Of a DNA stretch of 64,000 nucleotides, positions 30,444 to 39,990 are shown piece by piece. The stretch is from Myxococcota bacterium (GTDB lineage: Bacteria; Myxococcota; JACRCW01), in NCBI GenBank assembly GCA_040752415.1, contig JBFMGU010000024.1, forward strand, positions 1 through 64,000, in the 5' to 3' direction. The position numbers were made by a program, and so were the translations under genes. The notes beneath the pieces are model-generated. The model ran no database searches. It was given only the letters and a program-made list of their open reading frames with translations, and was not told the origin of the DNA. The stretch's first letter is position 1. Every line of letters begins with the position of its first letter.

Positions 30444-32092
30444 GCCGGAACGCGTTTCTCGTCGACGCGCTCCGCGGTGGGCGCCACCACGCGCGGCGGC
30501 GGAGGCGCGGGGAGCCGCGCGAGGAACTGCTGCAGCTCGTCGGGCTGGGGCGTGCCCTCCTCGGTCAGGATGTCACCCAGCGCGGCCGCCATCTCATCCG
30601 CGGTCTGGAAGCGCTTGTCCGCCTCCCGCTGCAGACCCTTGCGCATGAACGCCTCCCACCTCTCCGAGAGCGAAGGCCGGAGCGTGGTGGCCGACGGAAT
30701 GGGCGCCTCCAACACCGCGTACATGGTGGCCGCGTCCTCCTCCCGGTTGAACAGGGGACGCAGACACAACAATTCCCAGATGATGATGCTGGCGGCGAAC
30801 AGGTCCACCCGCTCGTCGATGGGACGGCCCGAGATCTGCTCCGGCGCCATGTAGCTCATCTTCCCCACCACGCTCTGCGTGTTGCTCTGCTGCATGGTCT
30901 TGAGCGCCTTGGCGATGCCGAAGTCGAAGATCTTCACCTGGCCGCCGTGGCTCACCAGGATGTTCGGCGGGTTGAGGTCGCGGTGGATGACGCGCAGCAC
31001 CTGGCCCTGCTCGTCGACGGCGCCGCGGTGCGCGAACGCCAGCCCCTTGCAGATCTCCCGCGCCATCCACGCCACCAGGTGCGAGGGGATGTTCTCCCGG
31101 CTCACGCGCGCGCGCTGGATCACCTCCAGGAGCGTCATGCCGTCCACGTACTCCATGGCCAGGAAGTACGTGTTCTCGATGCGCCCGAAGTCCAGCACCT
31201 GCACGATGTTGGGATGCACCAGCCGCGCGCACAGCTCCGCCTCATTGCGGAACGCCTCGACGAGATGCGGGAACTGCATGAGGTGCGGATGCACGCGCTT
31301 GAGCGCCACCTGCCGCTTGAAGCCCCCCTCCGGGCAGTACAGCGCGCGGTACACCACGCCCATGCCACCCGCCGCCACCTGCTCCCCGATGCGGTACTTG
31401 CCGAACAACTCGTGGCTGCGCACCTCACTGGAGGCCTGGCCCACCGCCCGACGGATGGCCATGCCCACCAACGTCCCCACGCCCCCGGCCAGCAAGAGCA
31501 CCACCGAGCGCATCAGGATCATGTCCGTGCGGTAGGCGGGATGCTCCAGGAGCGCGGCGGGCATCTGCGGCCGGATCACCGCCAGGTACACCAGCGCGTA
31601 CTGCACCGCCGCCACCGCCCCGACGAGAAGCGGCATCCAACGCTTGAGCCGCAACACCGCCACGCAGCAGAACACCACGTAGAACTGCAGCGGCACCGGC
31701 GAGGCCAGCGCGTACTCCGGGCCCTGCGTGCGCGTGTCAATGAGGACGAGCGCGGTGGGGATGGTGATCTCCGCGAGCGGATTGAGCCACTGGAAGACCC
31801 GCGGCCCCACGCCGTAGCCCAGGCACAACCGCACCGCGGCGAACCAGCCCAGCAGCACCAGCGCAAAGGCCATCAGCGGCAGGCCCAGCGCGCGCGAGAC
31901 GAAGAGCGCGGTGTAGACCGAGAGGATCACGCCCGCGCCGGCCAGGATGATGCCCGACAACGCCACCACGCGTTCCAGGCGGATGATTTCCTCGTCCAGG
32001 GCGTCGCCCAGGGCGGCTTGATGGGTGTGGGCGGTCTTGGCCACGCGGGGCTCCGTCGGAGGGGCGCGTGAGGCAGGCGCGGCGGAACTCAT
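30440..32092 (-). CDS. Ser/Thr kinase with N-terminal multi-TM sensor domain
   Basis: About 5-6 TM helices, then FGKYRI..AGGMGVVY..VALKR..HRDLNPPNIL..DFGIAK..YMAPE. Confidence 0.92.
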   Translation of the reverse strand: MSSAAPASRAPPTEPRVAKTAHTHQAALGDALDEEIIRLERVVALSGIILAGAGVILSVYTALFVSRALGLPLMAFALVLLGWFAAVRLCLGYGVGPRVFQWLNPLAEITIPTALVLIDTRTQGPEYALASPVPLQFYVVFCCVAVLRLKRWMPLLVGAVAAVQYALVYLAVIRPQMPAALLEHPAYRTDMILMRSVVLLLAGGVGTLVGMAIRRAVGQASSEVRSHELFGKYRIGEQVAAGGMGVVYRALYCPEGGFKRQVALKRVHPHLMQFPHLVEAFRNEAELCARLVHPNIVQVLDFGRIENTYFLAMEYVDGMTLLEVIQRARVSRENIPSHLVAWMAREICKGLAFAHRGAVDEQGQVLRVIHRDLNPPNILVSHGGQVKIFDFGIAKALKTMQQSNTQSVVGKMSYMAPEQISGRPIDERVDLFAASIIIWELLCLRPLFNREEDAATMYAVLEAPIPSATTLRPSLSERWEAFMRKGLQREADKRFQTADEMAAALGDILTEEGTPQPDELQQFLARLPAPPPPRVVAPTAERVDEKRVPA

Positions 32093-32281
32093 AACACAGG
32101 TTGCACGGACCCGAACCCCGGGAAGGAAAGCGGAAACTCCCCGACGTGCCACGACGTCGCCAACGCCAACGGCAGCGCGAGCGGGGATGGGCAGGACGTT
32201 GACGGCGAGAGCGGCGCGCCGTAGCGCTGGGAACCGTGGCGCCGCGGGAGCTGCGTCCACGACGAGCCGAAGGAGCCGGGT

Positions 32282-32992
32282 ATGGCGATGACCGTGGGGA
32301 TTGGGGTGATGGCCAAGGCGCCGGTGCCGGGCCACTGCAAGACGAGACTGACCCCGCCGCTCACTCCCGTGCAGGCCGCGCGGCTCTACGAGGCCCTGCT
32401 GCTCGACACGTTGGACCTGGTGCGCTCCATCCCAGGCGTGCGGAAGTATGTCTTCGTGGCGCCGGAGCACGACGGTGTGACCACGCTGCAGCGGCTGGCG
32501 CCGGATGCGCCGGTGATTCCGCAGCCCGCGGGGAACCTGGGTGTCCGGCTGGATGCAGCACTGCAACACATGCTCTCCCACGGTTGTGACGCCGCCATGA
32601 TGCTCGGCAGCGACGCGCCCATCATCCCGCTGCAGGAAGCGGTCACGGAGTGCGCCTGGCTCACCGCGGGACCGCAGCGACGTGCGCTCCTGGGACCGGC
32701 GGATGATGGCGGGTACTACCTCATCGGCGTGGCGCGGCACTGCCCGGAGCTGTTCCACGACGTGCCGTGGAGCACCGAGCAGGTGGCGGAGGTGACCCGG
32801 CAGCGCGCACGGGAGGCCGGCGTGGTGCTCCGCGAGCTGGGCGTGGGCGCCGACGTGGATGACGTGGCGGGATTGCGCGCCCTGGCCTCGCACCGTCGGG
32901 GCGCGGCGCGGACGCGGGCGCTGCTTGACGAGAAGGAATACCAGGCCGTGCTGAGTGCTAGCGGAGATGGCAGTACTGGCACATCCCGTTGA
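32282..32992 (+). CDS. DUF2064/TIGR04282-family glycosyltransferase-like protein (CofC-like fold)
   Basis: MAKAPVPGHCKTRL, QPAGNLGVRL, GSDAP, LGPADDGGYYLIG, VPWST, DVDD. Confidence 0.88.
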   Translation: MAMTVGIGVMAKAPVPGHCKTRLTPPLTPVQAARLYEALLLDTLDLVRSIPGVRKYVFVAPEHDGVTTLQRLAPDAPVIPQPAGNLGVRLDAALQHMLSHGCDAAMMLGSDAPIIPLQEAVTECAWLTAGPQRRALLGPADDGGYYLIGVARHCPELFHDVPWSTEQVAEVTRQRAREAGVVLRELGVGADVDDVAGLRALASHRRGAARTRALLDEKEYQAVLSASGDGSTGTSR

Positions 32993-34022
32993 GCTGGATG
33001 TCGTTGCGGTTGTGGTCCAGGTTCCAGCCGGGTGGATGCGGGTTGCCGCCCACGCCGCCCACCTGGTGACACTGGATGCAGTTGGATTGCGGTCCCTGGT
33101 CATGACAGGACGCGCACTGCTGGATGTCCCGACGAGCCGCCGCGCCGTGGAGCTCCGTTCCGCCCATCACCCAGCCGCGCGGATGCGGGTTGCGCGGGTT
33201 GCTGCCGGTGGAGGTCAGGTTCTGCATGCGGTGACAGTCGTTGCAGAAGCTGTTGCCGTGACACCGGAAGCACTGCGCCGGGTCGGCCTGCGCCTCGATG
33301 TTGTGACGGGAGATGAAGTCATTGCGGTGGATGAAATTGCTGGTCACCGCCTCGGGACGCCGCAGCTCCACCCGCACCGGCGGCGTGGCGTTGTGACAGT
33401 CCACGCACTGGTTCTGCGTGTGACACAACATGCAGCTCTCCGAGCTGGCGCGCGCCGAGAAGCGGTGCTGCAGCACGAAGTTGCCCTGGTGCGTGAACTC
33501 GCGCAGCGGCTGCACGCGCTCCTTCACCAGGTCGGTGTGGCACTGGTCGCAGCGACCTTCCCGGAAGGTCACCTTGTGCTCGTGACAACCCAGGCAGCGG
33601 TCCATGGCCACCGTCTCGCCGCCGCGCTTGGGCTCGGAGAGGGCGGTGTGACAACGCGCGCAGTCTTCCTCCGTCCGCTCCAGGTGCTTGACGTGGGAGA
33701 ACTCCAGCGAGGGAAGGCTCGCCTCGCGCGGCTGCGCGGCCTGCACGTCGGTGTGGCAGAAGATGCAGCGGCCCTGCTCCTTCTCCTCGGCGTGACACTC
33801 CAGGCACTTGTCCTCGCCCGGGAGGTGACGCGCCTGCAGATCCTCCGCGTCGTACACCGTCTCGTGACAGGCCAGGCATTCCACGTCCGCCTTGGCGTGG
33901 CGGGCGTGCGGGAACTTGATGTGGTCCTGACGCCAGGGCGGCATGAAGTTGGGTCGGCCCAGCAGGGCGCACGCCGTCATGATGGGCAAGAGCAGCCAGC
34001 CCAGGGCCCGGTGGTTCCTCAT
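32958..34022 (-). CDS. Multiheme c-type cytochrome lipoprotein (cytochrome c3/c7-like), 13 CxxCH
   Basis: Lipobox IMTAC; CLACH, CLECH, CIFCH, CARCH, CLGCH, CDQCH, CMLCH, CVDCH, CFRCH, CNDCH, CASCH, CIQCH, CQYCH. Confidence 0.93.
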   Translation of the reverse strand: MRNHRALGWLLLPIMTACALLGRPNFMPPWRQDHIKFPHARHAKADVECLACHETVYDAEDLQARHLPGEDKCLECHAEEKEQGRCIFCHTDVQAAQPREASLPSLEFSHVKHLERTEEDCARCHTALSEPKRGGETVAMDRCLGCHEHKVTFREGRCDQCHTDLVKERVQPLREFTHQGNFVLQHRFSARASSESCMLCHTQNQCVDCHNATPPVRVELRRPEAVTSNFIHRNDFISRHNIEAQADPAQCFRCHGNSFCNDCHRMQNLTSTGSNPRNPHPRGWVMGGTELHGAAARRDIQQCASCHDQGPQSNCIQCHQVGGVGGNPHPPGWNLDHNRNDIQLNGMCQYCHLR

Positions 34023-35365
34023 GGCAGAGGGATCCCCGCGTTGTAGGAAACGCGCGCCAACGCCTCCACGCGCGCCGTGGCCAGCGGTGAGCTTCCCGCC
34101 GCAACCTGCAGCGCCACGTCCCAGCCTGGTCGGAACATGATGCCGTTGGTCCACGAGACCATGGCGGTGAAGCGCTGCCCGTGCACCGGTTTCTCGAGGA
34201 GATACACGTCGCCATCCACGGTGGTGGACAGGCCAAGGGGCAGCTTCTGCGAGCCGAACGCCCGCGCCATCAGGAAGCCGGAGCTGGGAACCTTGAGCAC
34301 GCGCGCCTGCGTGCCCAGCGTGGTGGAACGGCGTGGGCCAAGACGCGTGGCCAACCTGGCTCCACCCTGCGCGCCAAAGCCCGAAGCGGTGGAGAGCGCC
34401 GCGGCGTCGACGTCGAAAGTGAGCCACTGCCGGATGCGGGTGGCCACCGTGGCGCCCAGCTGGTCGCGCTGCTCCGCCGAGAACACCGAGAAGATGGAGG
34501 AGCGCGGAATGAACAGCGAGAGCGAGGTCCGTCGGTATTCCGCCGTCACCTGCAACGCCTCCAGCGGCTGGAAGCTCAGCGCCAGGTCCGCCTCCGCCAG
34601 GCTGGGCAAGGCCCGCTGCAGCGCCTCCGCGGGAGCCACCGCGCGCGCCAGCATGGCCTCGAGGTCGCCACCGTCCTTGGTCCGCGGCCACAACGCCAGC
34701 AGCGTGGAGCTTCCCGGCAGCGTGGACCAGCGCACCATCCAGGAGAGCACCAGCATGCGCATGAGCGCGGTCCGTCCGTCGAGACCCACGTGCTGGTGCG
34801 CATGGCGCCCCTGCTCCAGCACGTGCAGCGCGGAGATGCCCAGCTGCGTGTCGTAGGACTTGCGCCACGAGACGCGCCCGCCGGCCATGGCCAGTCCGCG
34901 GTGGTCCTGCAGCAGCGGCACCACCGGCGCGCCGGCGAACACCGAGACGCCCAGGCCCTCCCACGGCCGCGCCGAGGCGGCAATCCCGTCGAGATGGGCG
35001 CCGCGCGCCACGCCGTCAAAGACCAGCTGGCGACCCGCGCGCACGCCGAAGGGGCCGGCGCGGCTCTCCAAGTAGGCCAAGCTGATGTCCCCGTTGAGAT
35101 AGCCGCGGTCCACCGGGTCTCCACCGTTGATGCGGCCCCAGCTGGACACCACCACGTCGGCTTCCATCTTCTTCACCAGCCGCACCTTGCGCGCCTGCAG
35201 GTTGAAGAGCGTGTAGGCGGGGACGGTGGTGTAGACGCTGCCGTCGCGCGGGTCCTGGCGCAGCTGCAGCAGCGTGGTGGCCTTGACCTCCGGTGCCAGC
35301 GCGTACGCGGGGACCGTTGTCGTCGTCACCAGGGCCAGCGTGGCAAGGAGCTCATGGCGTCGCAT
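34019..35365 (-). CDS. Putative outer-membrane beta-barrel (porin of a porin-cytochrome complex)
   Basis: Signal peptide (AYA), alternating amphipathic strands, VRAGRQ and HLDG motifs; overlaps both flanking cytochrome genes. Confidence 0.72.
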   Translation of the reverse strand: MRRHELLATLALVTTTTVPAYALAPEVKATTLLQLRQDPRDGSVYTTVPAYTLFNLQARKVRLVKKMEADVVVSSWGRINGGDPVDRGYLNGDISLAYLESRAGPFGVRAGRQLVFDGVARGAHLDGIAASARPWEGLGVSVFAGAPVVPLLQDHRGLAMAGGRVSWRKSYDTQLGISALHVLEQGRHAHQHVGLDGRTALMRMLVLSWMVRWSTLPGSSTLLALWPRTKDGGDLEAMLARAVAPAEALQRALPSLAEADLALSFQPLEALQVTAEYRRTSLSLFIPRSSIFSVFSAEQRDQLGATVATRIRQWLTFDVDAAALSTASGFGAQGGARLATRLGPRRSTTLGTQARVLKVPSSGFLMARAFGSQKLPLGLSTTVDGDVYLLEKPVHGQRFTAMVSWTNGIMFRPGWDVALQVAAGSSPLATARVEALARVSYNAGIPLP

Positions 35366-36941
35366 TGGCCACTCCGTTGAGGTGCAGACTGGTGCCGTCG
35401 GGGTTGATGATGATGCGGCCCCAGCGGTCCACGCTGCCCGCGTGACAGTTCACGCACTGCAGACTGGTCATGGTGTCGTCGTGATTGGGGTCCGCGGGCG
35501 GGATGCCGTGGCAGCTGCCGCAGTAAACCAGACCCTGGCCCGCGGACGTCCACGTCAGGTTGCGCAGGATGCTGGGGGAGGTGTCCAACCGCGCCACCTC
35601 GCCACCGCCGTGACAGTAGGTGGCCGCGCACCCGCCGGTGGCGACGTCATAGACGGGCTCCGCGCCACGTGCCGCGGCCAGCCCGGGCTCCCGCGGCCTC
35701 CACGCGAACACCTCCGCGGGCAGGTCGGAGTCCAGGTGTCCCGTCTCACCCGGCGTGGCCGGCGTGCGGTGACAGTCCGCGCACTTCAGGGGAGCGGAGA
35801 GCTGGTGCGGTGCGGTCAGGTGCACCTCGTGGGCGCCCACTGGCCGCGTGGCGGCGTCGTTCCCTCCGTGCGTGTCGCGGAACGGAGCATCCTGGTGGCA
35901 GGCCTGGCAGTTACCGCCGGCGGGCCCCACCTCGACGACACCGTTGAGATGCAGCGCGCGGTCCACCAGCGCGTTGCTGCCGTCCACCACCTGCTCATGA
36001 CACTTCAGGCACGGCAGGGAATGCTGGTGTGACGACGGAGGCGCGCCGTGACAACGCAGGCAGCCCTGGTTGCGCGTGGGCTCCTGCCAGTTGAAGGTGC
36101 GGTCCGCTACCGAGCTGTCGCCGAGCGTGGCGCCGTGACAGGCGATGTTGCTGCAGCCCACGCCGTCCCATGCCGCCGGTCCCGCGCGCCGCTCCGGGTG
36201 CACGTCATTCATGGCGCCGGGACCGAAGGTGACCTCGACGGGAGCGGGGTCCAGGCTGCCGTCGGCGAGGAAGATGTGGCCGGGGGCGCGCCAGTTGGTG
36301 GGGACCTTGTGGCACGCGGTGCAGTTGGCGCTGCGACCGGTGACCGGGCCGCTGGCGTGGGTGGCGTGCGCACCGGAGGTGGGGTCCTGGCTGTGACAGG
36401 TGGTGCAGCCGGTGGGCCCGTCGACGTGACAGCCGTAGCACGAGGCGTTGGCGTTGCCGCCGCGGAAGTCCTCGCCGTGACAACGTGCGCACGAGGACAT
36501 GTCCCAGCCGGACTCCCGCAGCTTGCGGCCGTGGAAGTCCTGGTCCGCCGGGTTGGCAATCCCGCCTTCATGGATGCCAAAGCCGGAGTAGGAGAGGCTG
36601 CAATCCACCACCCACTCCTCGAGCAGGGAGTGCACGTCGGTGTGATCGACGTGGGGACCGGTGGCGGCGCCGGGGCGCACGGCTTCCAGCAGGGTGCTGC
36701 GGGGGTCTCCCGCCACGGCGTTGGCGTTCCCATCCGAGCCGCCACCCAGCACACCGTTGTAGCTGAACATGTCGTATCCGGCGGCGGCCGCCTGGCCGGA
36801 GTGACAGCGGATGCAGCGCGCCTCCACCACCACGCGCACGTCGTCCTTCCAGTGCACGCAGCGCCGGGTACCTTCCACGGGACCGGCCCTGGTGCAGCCA
36901 AGCAGGAGCAACAGCAACGTGGTGATGGCGGCGGGCTTCAT
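35352..36941 (-). CDS. CxxxxCH/CxxCH-domain multiheme cytochrome lipoprotein (11 CxxCH + 2 CxxxxCH)
   Basis: Lipobox LLLGC; CSNIACH and CAATYCH plus 11 CxxCH; repeated LHLNG motif. Confidence 0.92.
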   Translation of the reverse strand: MKPAAITTLLLLLLGCTRAGPVEGTRRCVHWKDDVRVVVEARCIRCHSGQAAAAGYDMFSYNGVLGGGSDGNANAVAGDPRSTLLEAVRPGAATGPHVDHTDVHSLLEEWVVDCSLSYSGFGIHEGGIANPADQDFHGRKLRESGWDMSSCARCHGEDFRGGNANASCYGCHVDGPTGCTTCHSQDPTSGAHATHASGPVTGRSANCTACHKVPTNWRAPGHIFLADGSLDPAPVEVTFGPGAMNDVHPERRAGPAAWDGVGCSNIACHGATLGDSSVADRTFNWQEPTRNQGCLRCHGAPPSSHQHSLPCLKCHEQVVDGSNALVDRALHLNGVVEVGPAGGNCQACHQDAPFRDTHGGNDAATRPVGAHEVHLTAPHQLSAPLKCADCHRTPATPGETGHLDSDLPAEVFAWRPREPGLAAARGAEPVYDVATGGCAATYCHGGGEVARLDTSPSILRNLTWTSAGQGLVYCGSCHGIPPADPNHDDTMTSLQCVNCHAGSVDRWGRIIINPDGTSLHLNGVANATP

Positions 36942-36948
36942 GGTGACG

Positions 36949-37323
36949 TCATGGCCCGAAGGCGCGGCTGTACTGGATGAGGGCGTCAACCTCTTCCGGC
37001 TTCAGCTTGTCCTTGTAGGGCTCCATCTCCTGCTTGATGCCGTTCTTCTCGCGCTTGAAGCCCTCGAGGATGGCCTTCTTCATGTCCGCGTCGGTGCGGG
37101 CCTTCTGCCACTCCTTGGTGGTCATGTCCTCCGCGCCCTTCTTCCTGCCCTGCTCGGTCTGGCCCTTGCCGTCGGCGCCGTGGCAGGAGGCGCACTTGGC
37201 CTTCCACAGGCGCTCCAGCTTCTTGTCCGGGGCGGCGCCGGCCTCACCACCGGGCGCGGCCAGCACCGCGAACATCCCCGCCAGCACGGCGACCATCAGC
37301 TTCATCTCGATACCGCGTTTCAT
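36949..37323 (-). CDS. Monoheme periplasmic cytochrome c (c6/c553-like)
   Basis: Signal peptide, CASCHGADGKG, distal Met in QEMEPY. Confidence 0.92.
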   Translation of the reverse strand: MKRGIEMKLMVAVLAGMFAVLAAPGGEAGAAPDKKLERLWKAKCASCHGADGKGQTEQGRKKGAEDMTTKEWQKARTDADMKKAILEGFKREKNGIKQEMEPYKDKLKPEEVDALIQYSRAFGP

Positions 37324-37391
37324 GGTTCTCTCCCTCAAGGGCGCGGCGCGCCCCGTCTCCATCATCGCTTAGAACGTCATTAGGGCTGGTT

Positions 37392-39698
37392 TCAGGGATC
37401 CATCAGGTGCATCACGTCGATCCCGAAGGCGGAGCCCGAGGCGTGGCACACGATGCAGCTCTCGTTGGTACCCACGATCATCGTCTCGGCATGGGCCACG
37501 GCCGCGGGTGAGTCGTGACAGGAGATGCAGGTGGCGGTCACCGGCAGGTAGGTCCAGGTCTCCAGCGCCACGAAGTCTGCCGGGGTGCAGTAGTCGTCCG
37601 TGTCGGCGGCGGGGTCCTCCACGCAGCCATAGGTGGCTTCCACGGTGGGCTGCAGGCCCTCGCTCTCCGGGATCTCGTGGGTGCCGGCCTCGTGGCACGC
37701 GGTGCAGCGGCGCAGGTCGTTGGGATAACGAACCTCCGCGAAGTCCACCGGGGTGCCGGTGGGATTGGAGGCGTTGGCCGCTGGGTAGCCGCCCACCGTG
37801 TAGCCCTGGTCCAGGTCCTCACCGCGGTGGATCTTGTGGATCATGAACTTGAAGCCCACGTTGCGGACCTCCACCGTGCCGTCCTCGGGGTGCGGCGCGC
37901 GCTCGTCGCCCAGGTTCCCGGGGATGTGGCACATGATGCAGTACTCGGGGTTGTTGCGGGACCCGCCGTGTGCGCTGAGCGACTGGTGGCAGCCGTTGCA
38001 GTTCTCCATGTTCACCACCGCGCGCCGCGCCACTGCCTCGTCGTCGGTGACCGGGAAGTAATAGACGTCATTAGGAGCGGCATAGCGCGGTCCGCCGTTG
38101 GCCTGGATGTATCCCTCCACGCCAATGGCGTAGCTGCCGGTGGCCAGCGCGGGGATGCCGGAGGCGGCGGGCAGCTCGTAGCGCCAGACGTTGTCGGCCA
38201 GCGCGGTCAGCGTGCCCACCGCGCCGGAGCCCTGCGCCTTGGCGGTCCAAAAGGACGCATAGTCCGTGGTGGGACCGGCCACGGTGAAGGAGAGGCTGGT
38301 GAGCGGGCTGGCCGAGAGGTCCCGGGGCGCGCCGTCCACCGTGGCGGTGAAGAGCACGGCCAGCGTGCCGCCGGGGGCGTTGCCCTCCACGCCGGTGATG
38401 TCCAGGCGGAGCTGGGTGGCGGCGGGGTCGCGCAGCGGGGTGAGGTGCTTGGTCACCACGCTGGCCACCGGGCTGTCCGCGGTGTGGCAAGTGGAGCAGG
38501 CGTTGTCGTCGGGGAAGAAGCCGCCGCTGTGGGCGGTCATGCCCGCGGGCGGGGTCTCCTCGAAGCTGGTGAGGTCATGGCAGCTGGTGCAGGCGTTCTT
38601 GTTGGAGCGCGTCTGCCACACGTCTCCCTGGCTGCCCTGGTGGCACGTCTCACAGCTCTGCATCTCATAGGGGAACTTCACCGTGGAATAGTCATTCACG
38701 GAAGCGTTGAAGCCGATGACCTGGTAGGGCGTGCCCGCCGCCACGCTGGGCAGGTGCTCACCCATGTGGATCTTGTGGATCATCACCGGGAAGTCCACGG
38801 TGTTGCCGGTGTCCGGGTCCATGGCCTGCGGCTGATGACAGATGATGCACAGGGCCACGTCGCGACGTGATCCGCCGTGCAGACGCAGCTCCCCGTGGCA
38901 GTTGAAGCACGCGGTGTTGTTGACGATGTCGCGGGTCACGGTGACCTGGGAGCCATCCGGGACGAAGTTGAACGTCGCGTTGGCCACGTGGCGCACGTCG
39001 TCAATGGTGCGCGTGGCGGTCATGCCCACGGTGTGCGTGCGGTCCAGGTGGTCCGTGGAGACGGTGGCGCCGAAGGCGTACTCATAGATGCCGTCCTGCC
39101 AGCTGATGAGCGTCAGGGTGCCATTGGAGTCGGTGGTGGGTTGCTGCGTGGTCACCTGGGTGATGGAGCTGGTGGCGGTCCGGGTTGCATAGGACGTGTA
39201 TTGACCGGGTGTTCCGTCCTCCGCCTGGTCCAGCCAGGCCAGCAGGTAGCGCAACGTGACCGCGCCCTCGGTGAACGTGCCGTCGACGTCGAGCGGGGTG
39301 TCGTTGCCGTCGGTGATCTTGAAGGTGACCTTGGCGCCGGTGGCGTCGAGGGTGGCGCTGAGGATCTCCAGCTCCAGGCCATCCTCGGTGATGTACGCGT
39401 TGCGGCCGTCCTCACCGTCCTCCCCGTCGAGACCACCACCCGCGGGGCCTTCCGGGCCCTGGGGTCCCTGCGGACCTTGTTCGCCTTGCTCGCCTTGCTC
39501 GCCCTGCTCGCCCTGCTCGCCTTGCGAACCGGGGTCACCCTGGGCGCCGGTGGGGCCCTTTTCGCCTTGCGGTCCCGTGGGGCCCGTTGGACCCGCAGGC
39601 CCCGCCGGTCCCTCAGGGCCGGCCGGTCCCTCACAAGCCGACATCACCGACGCAAGAAACAACCCTAACGCACCAGACACCACCCGAACGCGCTTCAT
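37392..39698 (-). CDS. OmcA/MtrC-family decaheme cytochrome lipoprotein with N-terminal collagen-like region
   Basis: Lipobox VMSAC; 10 CxxCH in a 5+5 layout separated by beta domains; CxxCH..L.xHGGSR..CxxCH and MIHKIH repeats typical of MtrC/OmcA. Confidence 0.93.
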   Translation of the reverse strand: MKRVRVVSGALGLFLASVMSACEGPAGPEGPAGPAGPTGPTGPQGEKGPTGAQGDPGSQGEQGEQGEQGEQGEQGPQGPQGPEGPAGGGLDGEDGEDGRNAYITEDGLELEILSATLDATGAKVTFKITDGNDTPLDVDGTFTEGAVTLRYLLAWLDQAEDGTPGQYTSYATRTATSSITQVTTQQPTTDSNGTLTLISWQDGIYEYAFGATVSTDHLDRTHTVGMTATRTIDDVRHVANATFNFVPDGSQVTVTRDIVNNTACFNCHGELRLHGGSRRDVALCIICHQPQAMDPDTGNTVDFPVMIHKIHMGEHLPSVAAGTPYQVIGFNASVNDYSTVKFPYEMQSCETCHQGSQGDVWQTRSNKNACTSCHDLTSFEETPPAGMTAHSGGFFPDDNACSTCHTADSPVASVVTKHLTPLRDPAATQLRLDITGVEGNAPGGTLAVLFTATVDGAPRDLSASPLTSLSFTVAGPTTDYASFWTAKAQGSGAVGTLTALADNVWRYELPAASGIPALATGSYAIGVEGYIQANGGPRYAAPNDVYYFPVTDDEAVARRAVVNMENCNGCHQSLSAHGGSRNNPEYCIMCHIPGNLGDERAPHPEDGTVEVRNVGFKFMIHKIHRGEDLDQGYTVGGYPAANASNPTGTPVDFAEVRYPNDLRRCTACHEAGTHEIPESEGLQPTVEATYGCVEDPAADTDDYCTPADFVALETWTYLPVTATCISCHDSPAAVAHAETMIVGTNESCIVCHASGSAFGIDVMHLMDP
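39441..39629 (-). repeat. Collagen-like (Gly-X-Y)21 coding repeat
   Basis: [24 protein letters not shown]...[27 protein letters not shown], starting two residues after the lipidated Cys. Confidence 0.95.
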
Positions 39699-39729
39699 GG
39701 CTGAGGCCTCCGAATCCAGCGGGCCCATG

Positions 39730-39745
39730 TTCAAGCCCCATGCCT
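39730..39745 (-). promoter_or_regulatory. Possible sigma-54-type promoter for the cytochrome operon
   Basis: Minus strand AGGCATGGGGCTTGAA (GG-N10-GA; -12 position non-canonical). Confidence 0.35.
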
Positions 39746-39990
39746 AAGCGCGATCCACCCTGCGCGGAGACCGGGAATACGCGTTTCGCGAAAAGAACGC
39801 GCAGCGACACCCGGCGAGCTCCAAGGCAACGCACATTCTGCTGTGCTTGGTTTTCCTGGGGCGCACCTTCTGCGGATCGGATCCGTCGTCGCGGCACGGC
39901 CTGCGCCAGGCCCCCGCCTCCGACGCGTCAACCGCCTGTCGCGGGCTTCGGCCCGGAGGATGCTAGGGGACGCCGCAGAGGTGGAAGCAC

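Noticed and set aside
39441..39629. CRISPR-like or VNTR array
   Set aside because: The 9-bp periodicity is the coding collagen repeat; no spacers and no cas genes
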